DNA of 64,000 nucleotides. It comes from Callorhinchus milii (lineage: Eukaryota). The position numbers and the translations under genes are program-made. The notes beneath the pieces were generated by a model. It searched no databases. It was not told the origin of the DNA and saw only the letters and a list, made by a program, of their open reading frames with translations. Where the stretch lies: contig NW_024704742.1 of assembly GCF_018977255.1 (NCBI RefSeq), positions 48,610,001-48,674,000 on the forward strand, in the 5' to 3' direction. Shown piece by piece: positions 26,109 to 38,937 of the stretch (position 1 is its first letter; each line of letters opens with the position of its first letter).

Positions 26109-29100
26109 AATACAATAATACCCACCCATCAGTTGCTTGATCAAAGCACTCATACAATTTAATGCTAAAAATCCTGATTATAGGCTTGATGTCAGAAGCA
26201 TAATGATATAGTCTACAAAAGCTAATGTCGCAAAAGAGTGTTCTGTAATCTTGAACTAGAAATTCACTGTTATGTAATACTATACTTAGCCATCTAATTC
26301 TGTGTGGTTGTAATTCTGAAATCGAAGTTATTATTATCTATGTGATGATTGAGCCAACAGTTGTATTCTCCTTACAAGGGTCATAGAAATTAAATTAAGT
26401 AGATGTCGTACAGTCCATGACACCTTTTACCTAAGTAAGCTCGGGTTGAGAATTCAACAGTGTTTTTACCAGCCCGACATGACACTGCTGTTAACAACGG
26501 AGCTGTACATTTCTCAGATATTGTGAGTCAGTTTATTTAAGGTGTCTCAAAGCGAAGTAAAGCAGGCACCACACATGCACACACCAAATCCAATCCACTA
26601 ACTATATTACACATCATATAAATGTGTTTCTGTGTGAATTTATTCTACAAAGAAAAAACATAACATTTAGAAGAGTTTAGCAATGTATTGGTGCTTACCA
26701 CAGTTTGAGTGTTGGTTTCAGCTTATCGAACACCCTCAGTAGCTCCTTTCCGTAAAGTACATCTACCTTGTGGAACTGCAAAAATGGTTCATTTTAAGCC
26801 TGCATGGCAATTTCTGGGTTTGCATAGGTACTGAGATAAAGTCACACTGTTCTGACTGGGCAATATAAAAAAACAGAATAAGGTGGTGACAAGGTACAGT
26901 AGTTCTTGTTGCTGACTCAAGTTGTTGCTTGGATTCAACAACTCAGGGCTTACAGCTCAGGCCCACGGCTTTTGGAAGGAGGATGTCAGCCAGTCATCTT
27001 TCCCTTAGATCACCCTCCCTGCTCAGTCCTCTTCTACATCTTCTTCCTACTCCTCCTGCAGAATGGGAATGGTTGATATCCACCTTGAAGATTTTGCTGC
27101 TGCTTGTGCTGCTGTTGTTGAGGTCCAGGGGACGTCTGCTCACAAACCGACGGCGAGTCAGTGAGTCTGAAAGACAGAAATCAGAAGCCTATCGGTAATT
27201 CTCATTCATAATCCAGAAGTACCCCACTGAAGGACATTATGGCAACAAAGCATGGGTCTATAACAGTAAACAAAATATCTCATCGGTAACACAGTCCCTG
27301 TCATGTCCTAACTCAGGTTCCCTACTATTTAGTCTCTCCCTCTTTGGCTATGAGTGATGAGCAAAGCTATGGATGGATATACCTGTAGTCCACCTGCCCT
27401 CTCCCCTATATTGGCTGCAGTTGTGCGCCATCAAAACACATCATCACTGCACTTTACAATATATATGCTGCAAAGCGCGTTGGGACGTCTTCCCAACATG
27501 AAAAGTGCAATACCAAATGTAAGGATTATAATTATTTATTTCTCCATTGTGTGGGCCCCATTTTTGAGGACAAATGCAAGATATGGGTGTGTTAGAATAA
27601 GACGACCTCTTCTGCTCATCTTACCGTCACATTTCTCTTCAGTTCACCAAAAGCCATCCTGATCTGCAGGCAAGACAAACTGGAGGCAGTGACAACAACA
27701 AACCAATGCCTTACTGCTGACCATATTTTCCACCTTTGTGTGCAACAGGAAATGTTGCCAATGGCTCCAAAAAATTTTGTCATGAACGACGCCATGGAAG
27801 GTCATTCATTTTCCAATGAAACGGGCATATATATGTGACCAACAAGTCCAACCTTACACTCAAATGGCTAAATTCCTGTTGTCAGGTTTTGGCCTTTCCA
27901 GAGACTAACACTCAACAAGTACAGTTTTCATGTGTTGATGTTTTGGTTCCAAAAATAAGACGGAGACAATCATTCAAACCTCATTCTTCAAGTACTGGAT
28001 GGCTACTGGAATTTTTACTCCAATGTTCAGAAGCACTTACAGGAAATTCCATGTAATTTAGCCCTGTCTGTTGTGATTCTTAAATATCAAATACTGCACT
28101 CTCACAAAAATCTGAATAATATTCCAGTAATGTCATCAATAATGTATGCAATTCGAGCCTTAGATCAGCGCCCAGGGTATACAAATGGTACAACATTGCT
28201 GGCCAAAACCAATGATAGAATGGAATAATTAAGCACACATTACAACCTTTGTCAAGTTAATTGCAGACATATTCTGCAAAGCTGGGTTGAAACAGACTTA
28301 GCATTTTCAAACTTGGCAGCGTTTTGATCTTCTGGGCAACCCAGGCTTCACATAACTGAATGAAATCCATCAAAGATAAAAAGAAATTGAGTTAAAGACA
28401 GCTGCAGTTGCATGTGATGACTTTGACAATCTTATACAAACACTTTTGCATATGCATTGCTTGCATAATAGTGATCATAGCTGATGAAGAATGGAATAGC
28501 CTCAATTTCCCCCCAAAAAAGATCTTTTTGTTAATTGTTTGGAATGGGATTTCCCAAGTAAATGTACAAAATGTTTGCTATGTTTAGCTATCAGAGACCC
28601 AAAGGTGTAAGCAGCATTTTTCAACGAACCCCAAATCTGGGTTGAGTTTGAGGATAAATACTGTTGTATCCTGGAAGTTGTGATACTCAAATCAGATCCT
28701 GAAATTTGATGCAATTATATTTAGACTCAGGAGAAATATTAGTTTACTTACTCAGATGCATTACCAGTAGTTATCTACTTCTCTCAGGGGATTGAATGGT
28801 AAAGTGGTAAACTACAACCCTACTGTCTGGCTGCTTCTTCTGTTCAGCAAACACTGGCTTGCTTCATCTCCACCTGACCCACCCCACCATTAATAGGTGA
28901 GCTTTTAGCCATTCTTGCACCACTCTACGAAACTCCCTCCCTCCCTCTCTCCCCACCTTTAAAAACCCATCTTAAGACCTTTATTTTTGATCATGCTTTT
29001 TGTCACCTTCTCCCTCACCTCCCCTCATCTTCAACTTAGGCTCCCAGACAGCTCTATGAATGCTCTGAGACTCTTTCCCAATGTGAAATGCTCTAAATAA

Positions 29101-30351
29101 ATGTAAAATTGTTGTTGTTGTGTAAATTCACTATAAGGCAAATTGTACATGGTTTGTGAAAAAAACAAGCTTGATCAGGCTGAATGGCCTCTTGGTATTC
29201 TATACTTTCCTGTGTCTTTTTAATCAATACTGTGAATAGTTCTATATCACAGTCAACTTTTATGATAAATGAATCTCAATTACAACAATTCACATGAAGA
29301 TTGAGGAAAATTCCGGTGCAGTACTGGAAGAGCACTGTATTTTCATATTGGGTTCGAAGGTATATTTAGCAATAGGGTTAACCACATTGTTGTAAGACCA
29401 GCTTATTCTGTTAGTCAAAATTTTATATTAGGAACCTATGAATAGAGGAACCAAAGTTACTTGTATATTATATTTTAAAGCTCATTTGCTTAATAAGGCA
29501 AAAATGTTGCATTAGTTAAATAAAATAGGCAAGGTTACGACAAACAATATTTGCTGTGTTGCTCATGTAGAGCAATGTTACTGTAATGACAATATCAAAG
29601 TCAATATCAAAGTCAATAAGTTCATAAGCAGTAGGCGAACATCTCTTGCTTGGGTTCGTTCGAAGGTACAGTCAGTAGTACAGGCAGTTGTACAGCCAGT
29701 AGCAGAATGAACGACTCTGTTGAGCCTGGGAGGTATGGCCTGTGGTATTGTGAATGCTCTGTTGAGCCGATAATAGCAGGGGTTGAATCAAAGAACCAAA
29801 GGTCTCATCTCTAGAATTGATCATTAATCAAAGAACCAAAGTTGAATCTCTAGCAGTTGTGTTGCAGCTCTGTATGCTCATATTGTTGCAGTTCTGTTTT
29901 TTTTTGCTTTTTTCTGATGTTGCTGGAATTGCTCGAACCTTGGAACAGTCAAGGTCGAGTGGCTTGTGTCGGGTAGAAGTTCTGTCCTCCTGGACAAGAG
30001 TAAAACATAGACGCCCTCTCACTAACTCGAACTGAACCCTCAGATGATCAATTCTGACTGAACAAAGTATAGCTTAGCCATACCTCTTTTACAATTGTCC
30101 TTTTTTAAAACATTAGGATGGTTCGTGAAAATCTGCACGTCCTCACCCACCTGACAGTTGTTTTCAGGCTGGTTTTTACAAGCTGGGACCGTCCTTGAGT
30201 GCCATACCCATGAGCTGATTCTAATTAAAACAATGTCGGACGGTTACATCAACAATTAACAAGAGAGCTGCAGCTGTGATAAACACATTTATTACTTCTG
30301 AACCAGTTTAATTCTTCAAGGCACACGCATTGTCATTTTCGCTAACATTTT

Positions 30352-32400
30352 CATAGAATCTTACAGCACAGAAGGAGGTTACCAATCCACCCACCAGAGG
30401 AAATAGTTTCTCCTTATCTATTCTATCAAAACCCATCATAATCTCTATTAAATCTCCGCTCAACCTTCTCTGCTCTAACGAGAATAATCCCAGTCTCACT
30501 GGTCTCTCCACATAACTGAAGTCCCTCATACCTGGTACCATTCTGGTAAATCTTCTTTGCACCTTCTCCAAGGCCTTGACATCCTTCGTAAGTGTGGAAC
30601 CCTCATCCCTGGTACGATTCCGCATCCGTGCCATGACCCACTCTGCTTTCCACCACTTCCGCAACATCGCCCAGCTCCACTGCTGCCTATCCTCTCAGGC
30701 CACTGAAACCCTCATCCACACATTCATCACATCTAGGCTTGACTATGCCAACTCCCTGCTTGAGGGCCTTCCCAAATCTTGCCTTCGCAAGCTGCAGATC
30801 ATCCAGAACTTGCACCAGGCTCCGTGACCCTATCACCCCCACCCTCGCACATTTCACTGATTCCTGAACCCCCTGAGGATAGAGTTCAAAATCCTTGTTT
30901 TCGTTTTCAAGGCTCTCCATTACCTTGCTCCTGCCTCTGTGACCTGCTAACCCCATATCCACCTGTCCACTCGTCCGCTCAGGAGGCTCTGGCTTGTCCC
31001 CCGCATGGCCTGCCCCACCATCGGCGGCCGGGCCTTCAGCCTCTCCGGCCACATGCTCTCTATGGGATGTACACTCCACTTCACTGAGCCAGTTTTGAAC
31101 CTAAGCATCTTGTTTGACCCTTAACTGTGCTTTCTCTCCCACATCCATGCCATGAGCCGCTCTAACATCCCCCATCTCCGCAACATCACCCAGCTCTGCC
31201 CCTGCCTCACCCCTCAGGCCGCTGAAACCCTAATCCTTGCATTTATTACATCTAGGCTCAACTACGCCAAGTCCCTGCTTTGTGGCCTTCCAACATGCAG
31301 ATAATCCAGAATTCTGCTGCTTGTGTCCTATCCTGAACCAAGTTCCATGACAACAACAACAACAACAAGATTCCATTTATAGAGCGCCTTTCACGTCGGG
31401 AGGACGTCCCAAGGCACTGTACAGTTGAGTCATGACCCGAGCAGGGGGGAAATGGTCAGGGTGAGGAGAGGGAAGGGAGAGAGCGAGGAGGGGGTAGAGA
31501 GTCGAGAGGGGAGCTGAAGGCACAGTCAAAGAGAAAGGTCTTGAGACCAGCCTTGAAGGAGAAAAGGGAGGAGGCGGCGAAGGCACTGGGGGATAGAGTT
31601 CCAGAGCCTCGGGGCTGAGAGGCTGAAGGCCCGGCCACTGATGGTAGGGCGGTTGGGGCGGGGGATATGGAGCAGACCGGAGCCAGAGGAACGGAGGGTA
31701 CGGGCAGGTAGGTAGGGGGATAGTAGGTCGGAGAGGTAGGAGGGAGCGAGGCCGTGAATGGCCTTGTAGGTAAGGATGAGGATCTTGAAATCGATCCTCT
31801 GGGGGATGGGGAGCCTGTGGAGGCGAGCGAGGGTGGGAGTGATGTGGTCACGAAGCCTGGTGCGGGACAGTACACGAGCTACACCATTAACCCCACCCTC
31901 GCCCGACTCCACTGGCTCCCCATCCCCCAGGTGATAGGGTTCAAAATCTTCATTCTCGCCTTCAAGGCCCTCCACAGGCTTAACCCCCTCTGCGACCTGC
32001 TGACCCCACATCAACCTGTCGCTCACTCCACTCAGAATGCTCTGGCCTGCTCCACATCCCCCACCCGTCCCACCCCTCCATCGGGGTCGGTCCCTCCAGC
32101 TTTTCTGTCCCAACCTTTGAACTCCATCCCACAGTCACTTCGCCTCACTCCCTCACTTGCCTCCTTCGAAGAAAGCCTGAAAACCCTTCTTTTTGACCGC
32201 ACATCAGCCACCATCTTACTCCTACCCTCCCTGCCCTCAAACCCCACTGATCCAAGTCCCCCGCTCAGGTTAAAATCCCTGACTGTCCAGCGCCTTCGGA
32301 CGTCCTCCCAACTTGAAAGGCGCTATACAAATGTAATTTGTTGCTGTTGTTGATGGTGGTGCCCAGAATTGGACACAATACTCCAGCTGAGAACTAACCA
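30352..32400. mobile_element. Three-level nest: CR1(-) 30352-30597 and ~32355-32400, containing L2(+) 30598-32351, containing young L2(-) 31350-31879
   Basis: CR1 [16 protein letters not shown] is cut at ...AAGTGTGG and resumes GTGGTGCCCAGAATTGG. The L2(+) is cut at CCATGAC and resumes ACCATTAACCCCC. The inner L2 is near-identical to 6099-6714. Confidence 0.88.
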
Positions 32401-33349
32401 GCTATTAGTTATACCAACTACCCCCTAACATGCGTCACTCTTAAACATAAACTCTACAATTTAGCTAACTCTGATTGGGTTGATAAGTCTACATATCATT
32501 CCAATACGTGCTAACTATTGCATAAGCATTTCTAATTGAACTAAAATGATATACTCAAGCAATAGCATATTTCTAATTCAACATTCAGAAGTACCACGCT
32601 TTAGTTGAGACGTTAATCCAAAATTAAGTCTGCTTCTTCAGGAGGACATTAAAAATCTCATAACACTATTTCAAAAGAGGGCAGTTCTCCTAGTGTCCTG
32701 GTCAATAACCCTATCGATAACAAAGGGTTATTGACCAGTTAAGCTGTTTGTGTGATATTGCTGTGTGCAAATTGACTGCCACATTTGCCAAGAAATGCAG
32801 TCAGACATTTTGATGTTCTAGGCATCATATCAAATGAAAGGATTATATTATATTTATATATTTTATTATATTATTATTTAAACTCTGGCAGACATAATCT
32901 AAGAGCCCCATCAGCCATTTACTCTAGACAGTAATCTATATGGTCAGTTTCAAAGGAAGAAAATTAAAATATTTTGGAAATATTACTGAAAAAAGCATTC
33001 ACAAATAATTTGTAAATATTGAATCCCACAGACAGCCGAATCAATGTCATGTCTGAATACATTTAAATGTAGATAATATAAAGTTTTTTAAACCCATATT
33101 CAGAGTCGGTCATAAGGAATATTTTGTGCACTAAATCACTGAGTCTCTGACTATTGTACTGGAGCTATTAAATTGTGTCTGTCATGGCAAACTCTAGCCA
33201 TCTGTTGGTTCACTGTAAAAATATTTTTTAATCTCTGATATAAAGTAATATATCCCTGAGATGGATTTTTCTGTTCTTCCTAGATTCTGGATCATAACCA
33301 AATCTACTGATATTTTGCTGTTGCTTCGCCACTTTAATTGGAAAAAAAC

Positions 33350-33575
33350 TAATAATAATTCTTGCATTTGATATAGCGCCTTATCACATCTTCGAGACGT
33401 CTCAAAGCGCTTCACACAATGTACTGTAAAGTGAATTGACTGTATATTTTGTGGGCAAAAAGCGGCAGTCAATTACGCACAGCAGTGTACCACAAACAGT
33501 CGTGGATTGAGTGACCAAATTATTATTACTTTTTTGGAGGGATTATTATTTCCAGCAAAGCTATCTACCAATCGA
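33350..33575 (-). mobile_element. SINE subfamily B, 3' part
   Basis: CTTGCATTTGATATAGCGCCTTATCACATCTTCGAGACGTCTCAAAGCGC. Confidence 0.85.
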
Positions 33576-33596
33576 TTAGGATTTAATATGACTTAT

Positions 33597-33914
33597 AATA
33601 ATAATAATAATCATTGCATTTGATATAGCGCTTTTCACGTCGGGAGGACGTCCCAAAGCGCTTCACAGAATATACTGTAAAGTGAATTGACTGTATATTT
33701 GTGGGCGAACATGGCAGCTAATTGCGCACAGCAATGTCCCACAAACAGTCGTGGATTGAAAATGACCAATTTATTATTGTTTTTGGTTTTGGAGGGATTA
33801 TTATTAGGCTCTGTGTGGAGTAAGGAAACTTGCCCAAGGTTCTGCCCTGTCTGGAATTGAACTCAGGTCTCTCGCTTGCAAAGCGAGTGCTCTAACCCTG
33901 AGCTACAGGACTCC
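33597..33914 (-). mobile_element. SINE subfamily A, full length
   Basis: Matches the other A copies; flanked by ACTTAT at 33591-33596 and 33915-33920 (candidate target-site duplication). Confidence 0.92.
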
Positions 33915-35261
33915 ACTTATGCAAAGTATGAGTTATGTCAGAATTGCATAAAATATAAACTCTTGAATGGAATTTGGGCAGATGTTTGACTCAGATGATT
34001 ATGCGATGACATCCATCAACACAGTCCTATTTTCTCCAATTTCTATATTCACTGTAGATTTGCAGGTCTCCGAAATACTATTTAATGTGTGAAGAGCGTT
34101 ATGTAAGTGCAAGTTGTTGCTGTAAGTGAAGGTGCCTCAGTATTTGTGATCTGATCTTTGTATGTGTGTGTGTGTGTGTGTAAGTGTGTGTGTGAGTTCT
34201 TTCTGGTGTTGACCCAAGTGGCATTGACCTGTAAGGCTTGGCAGGACGTGGAGGTCTTCACCTCAAGTCCATTCAATGTGATAAATATTATACGGTCACA
34301 CATAAGGAATCTGTCACTTTATTTTACTAAATGATCAAATTGTGAGAAAGAAATAGAGGATGAGATCTGCTGGGAATTTCAACAGGTTTGCAATAAAAAC
34401 AGGATTATAAAACAGGATTATAACAACGGTAAGATCTAAACTATTTCAAGGTTTGAATATCCTGCTTCTTTTTCTCTAACTTCTAAAATTTACCATTCAA
34501 ACTTCTTAGCGTAATTACTGGATGCTTATTTACAGGGGTGTTATTCTCCAACAGAAGCAAAAGATTGTAGTTTCAAAAGAAAACCTCCTTTGTCGCACAT
34601 TTCTTGTAAACCATATTGTAAATACACAGTGCTGACTATCACAGTGCTAAGTGGAGAAGATACTGAGGATGCTTCTTAGAAAACAACATTCTGAGTTTGC
34701 CTTGTGCTTGGATATGGAACAGAATTGCTGGTACAATCCTCCGAGGGTTAAAATCATATCACTCTCTAGCTCCATTTTGGTAAGAAGTGCCTAGAAATCA
34801 AAAATATCCATGAATCGTGGTGAAAGGATTGCTGAGTCACTGCATCACACAGCCATTTTACAACATGCTGTGATTTCTGTGAGATTGCTCTGTTTTCTGA
34901 AAAAACTAAATAATGAATAGACACAAGCAGGAACTTCACTCCTTACATACACCTATTAGGCTCATTCTGTCCATCGTTTACTTTTAAATGTGATTATTCA
35001 AGTGAGTATAATATCTTGCTTATGTTACTAAAAATAACAATTCAGAGTAACAAAGAAAATCAGGGTGAAAAGTGCAATGTTTCTAAATAGATTTGACGTG
35101 TTATCAAATCTGTTAATAAAAAAAGCACATTTTTAAACCCATTATATATATATCAAGAATACCAGGAATTGAGAGGGATTTCTAGTTTAAGAAATAATTT
35201 AATGCATACAGCAACAACAACAAAAAATTACATTTACATAGCACCGTTCACGTCAGGAATA

Positions 35262-35575
35262 TAGTATTGTGATAAAGTATATTGGCTTCAGATGCTGGAC
35301 AAGAAAGAAAATGAATATTTTCAGACAATTGTTGCAGTTTCATTTTGCTTTTCTCAATCAGGGAATCTAAAAGGAAGTGGAGAGAGAGAAAGCTGATTGC
35401 CTCCAGTTGCATATCAAATCTGATTGAAGCGCTCCGAAACGCTATCCTGCATGGAGAGAGCTATATAAGTACAAGTTGTTGTTGTTGATGATTAAGTCAC
35501 CCCACACAAAACATCATGCGAAATCTGACTGGTTTATTTTTGGAGCTGAAGCCAATATACTTTATCACAATACTA
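35262..35575. repeat. Perfect 30-bp inverted repeat with a 254-bp spacer
   Basis: TAGTATTGTGATAAAGTATATTGGCTTCAG (35262-35291) and its exact reverse complement (35546-35575). Confidence 0.93.
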
Positions 35576-36059
35576 GTTACCCAATAGTCAAACAGAAATC
35601 ACATTCACAAATGCATATACTGTTGGCAATTTGCATTCAGATAGAATAACAATGGTAATTTCTAAAGACAATGTAAAAAACGATGAAATCCAAAGATCTC
35701 CCACAATAACACTGAATGGTGGCAACTCAGCACGTAATAAAACTAATAATAAACAGAGCAGAGCGGCAGCTATATTAAAAAAATCCTGGTTGTATGTCCT
35801 ATCTGCTTATGTGCTGAATAATGATGCTGTTAGGCAGATCAATTTAGACATGGCTTTAAAATGGTATTCACTGCTAAAAACTGCAACAAACAGGTTAGTA
35901 TTGTGTAATAGAGTTATAGGACCCAGCACATGGCATGATGTGGCTGGTTCTTTATCTCAGGCCCTGCAGTTAGTACCAAAAGCAAGCTGAGCATTTCTCA
36001 ACAAACAGAGAGAGAGAGAGAGAGACAGAAACCCAGATTTTCCACAGTGATATACCAGG

Positions 36060-36266
36060 TTTATATTAATCAATAAATAAAACACAAAATATTGCAAATG
36101 CTGGAAATCTGAAACAAAAACAGAGAGAGCTGGGAAAACTCAGCAGCTCAGGCAGCATCGAAGGGTCGTGGACCCGAAACGTTGACTCACTTTCCTTTCT
36201 CCATAGATGCTGCCTGACTTGCTGAGTTTTCCCAGCTCTCTCTGTTTTTGTTTTATATTAATCAAT
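36060..36266. mobile_element. Palindromic Penelope-like insertion with a 15-bp target-site duplication
   Basis: 48-bp inverted arms 36112-36159 and 36206-36253 (2 mismatches). TTTATATTAATCAAT at 36060-36074 and 36252-36266. Central GAAGGGTCGTGGACCCGAAACGTT. The Penelope assignment is from recall. Confidence 0.75.
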
Positions 36267-36829
36267 GTAGACTGTACATTCAGTGTGATAAATATTGAAT
36301 ATATCGCTAAGTTGCCTCAAATAGGGATCCATTACTGAACAGTATTCATTATAGCTACTGATGATAATTGCAAACAGTGAGCTGTCATTTTTTTCTTAAA
36401 TTGTTGAATTGGTGATTAACAGAAACTTTAATAGTTGCACTTTATATGCCATATACTAGCCACCAGTAATGGAGCTTGTGTTCTCAGCCCTTTTTTTTTA
36501 TTCGAGGTAAACAGCTGCTCGTGCCCTTGTGACCAGGGTTTGATTTCCTGCACTAGTACAGAAGGATGGATGTGGCCAGAAGTACATTGTCATTTTCGCA
36601 AGGTTGAGGTCAGCCGTTACGTGCAGCGATGTGCGATTCAGTGAAGATTTATCACAACTTTATGCTTGCACAGCATTTATGAGTGTGCACAACTGTTATA
36701 TTGAAACTGAAATCAAGAGTATTGATAACTATGGACTGCTTCTGTCCCTTTTTGTGCACATAATAATTAATACATCCCAAGCCACATTTTTTCACCCTCA
36801 AAAAAGTCTGTGAACAGGGGAAATAATTA

Positions 36830-37210
36830 TCTTCGCATTTTTTAGAGTGTGAAAAAGCGCTTCACACGGTTTCTGTGATATGTAGCAACTTAGCAAATTT
36901 GTACATAGCAATGTGAACAGTTGTGAAGTTAAAAACCAATTTGCTCTGGGGGATTGTTGGCCAGGACTCCAGGAAAAATTTCCTCTCTTTCAAATAATGC
37001 CCATGGGATTTTTAATGTTCAGCTGAACAGGCTAGGGTTTGACATCTCATTCCAAAGGGTGGCACCTCTTACAATGGAGCACACCCCATCACTGCACCGC
37101 ACTGTGAGTTTAGACTCTGTGAGTTCAAAGTCCCGATAGGCATGAAACCATTGAAACCATAGCATTCTGACTCAGTGGGCAGAAAGCTATCAACTGAGCC
37201 AGGCTACCTA
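36830..37210 (-). mobile_element. Old Deu-type SINE
   Basis: CCATGGGATTTTTAATGTTCA...GGTGGCACCTCTTACAATG...TTCTGACTCAG...CAACTGAGCCA is the reverse of the pattern at 1452 and 48070. Confidence 0.65.
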
Positions 37211-37549
37211 CAAGGCATAATCGTCTCAACCTCAAAAGTGGAACGTCAACAGACAGTTCGGGTTACACAGTGGTGAATGTGGAAAGTGTGGGCAGTTCCA
37301 CAAACAAATTAGATAAATTAATGATATAGAAGGGGTTTGAGTTTATAATGGAGTTTGGGATTGGATGTAGAAGAGGTAGGATGTGAGATATTGGCAGATG
37401 ATCTGTTTTGGTCTTCACTGCTTTTGTTTCCTATCTTTACAGTATGACCGTTCATTTTTTTTCCGAGTCGGGTGTCTGGCAGTTGTGGAAACACATCACT
37501 ATGCTTAAAAGTATTCTAAACAAGGCTGAGGATTGTACACATTTATACT

Positions 37550-37850
37550 ACCTATTAGGACCACCTTGCCTGTTAGGGCTTTGCTTGCAGGGTTAACAGG
37601 AGCTGAGCAGGAAGAACTCTTGCTCCTAGTGATGGATCTGTGATGGGATGAATGGCATTTCATACTACAAAAAAATGTATCTGTCCCTCCAAGTTTTGCT
37701 GATCAGCCGGACTGGGTGGTCTGTCATCAGCAGAACCCTTGAATACTGTGGATCTACCTGGGTTAGGACTATGGAGACCACCACAGAGGATTGACTAGCA
37801 TTCTAGCATTATGTTGCCATTCACGTCAAACTGGAGCCTGCTCAATTTCA
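37550..37850 (-). mobile_element. Family X fragment
   Basis: TTAGGGCTTTGCTTGCAGGGTTAA and CTGTCATCAGCAG are reverse complements of blocks in 1-632. Confidence 0.7.
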
Positions 37851-37937
37851 AGTAGACCTTACTTAACTCTCCCACCCACCCAAGGACCAGACCCTGGGAA
37901 ACCTTCATAGGTAAGATCTTTCTTTTAAAGAAATATA

Positions 37938-38312
37938 ATAGTTTGGTCACTCAATCCACAACTGCTTGTGAGACATTGCTACGCACAATTGGCTGCCGCA
38001 TTTCACTCAAAAAACATACACTTCACAATATACAGTATTCCATGAAGTGCCTTAATAATAATCGTTGCATTTGATGTAGCGCTTTTCACGTCGGGAAGAC
38101 GTCCCAAAGTGCTTCACAGAATATACTGTAAAGTGAATTGACTGTATATTTGTGGGCGAACCCGGCAGCCAATTGCGCACAGCAATGTCCCACAAACAGT
38201 CGTAGATTGAAAATGACCAATTTATTATTGTTTTTGGTTTTGGAGGGATTATTTGAGACGTCTCAAAGACATGATAAGGTGCTATAGCAAATGCAAAGAT
38301 TACATTATTATT
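37938..38312. mobile_element. SINE B (+) 3' part split by an inverted, head-less SINE A (38054-38252)
   Basis: ...GAAGTGCCTT | AATAATAATCGTTGC...GGAGGGATTAT | TTGAGACGTCTCAAAGACATGATAAGG. Confidence 0.88.
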
Positions 38313-38852
38313 AGGTATTGTATTGATTTACCCATGTAAGACGTTCGGGAGCAGGTCTGAGTTTTGCTGACTATGACAGTAAAACAGGGGGAGTTCTAAG
38401 TTTCGCCCTCAATTCACTTCTCTTGATTTCAACACATCAACCGCAGATTAAACATTTCAGATTCTTATTATTGCTGCAAGTTCAGCAATTAGAAGATTGA
38501 GGGCAACCGATGTATTTCAGTAAAACTTTTGAAACCCTAAAAAAAAAGAGTCCCTGAACTGACTCAGATTAACTCCCCAACCCCCACCATCGTTTGCAGT
38601 GAAATGATTTGCCAGCAAGTTCCCACATGGATCAGGAGACTGGACTGTGCTAATGCCATGTTACAGTGGGCTCCAGCCTTTCAGTAAAATAAGGCGCTTA
38701 CCTGGACACATCTGGGGTTGGTTGCCATTCGTCAGAGCAATCCGAACCAACAAAAATTACGTGGAGGTATTGCAGTTCATTGCAATGTTTGGCAGTTTAT
38801 TGTGATCCCCCCCCACCCACCCCCTATCCTGCAGTGGAAGCACTCCTGTCTG

Positions 38853-38868
38853 TATTAAAGCCCCGCCT
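38853..38868 (+). promoter_or_regulatory. Candidate UCHL1 core promoter: TATA-like TATTAAA with adjacent GC box CCCCGCCT
   Basis: About 80 bp upstream of the UCHL1 ATG; motif match only. Confidence 0.45.
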
Positions 38869-38937
38869 GCTGTCTGCTCCTCACTGATTCCCTGTATCTC
38901 TGTGTGTGGTGGAGCAGCTCTGAACTCGGTGCAAGCA

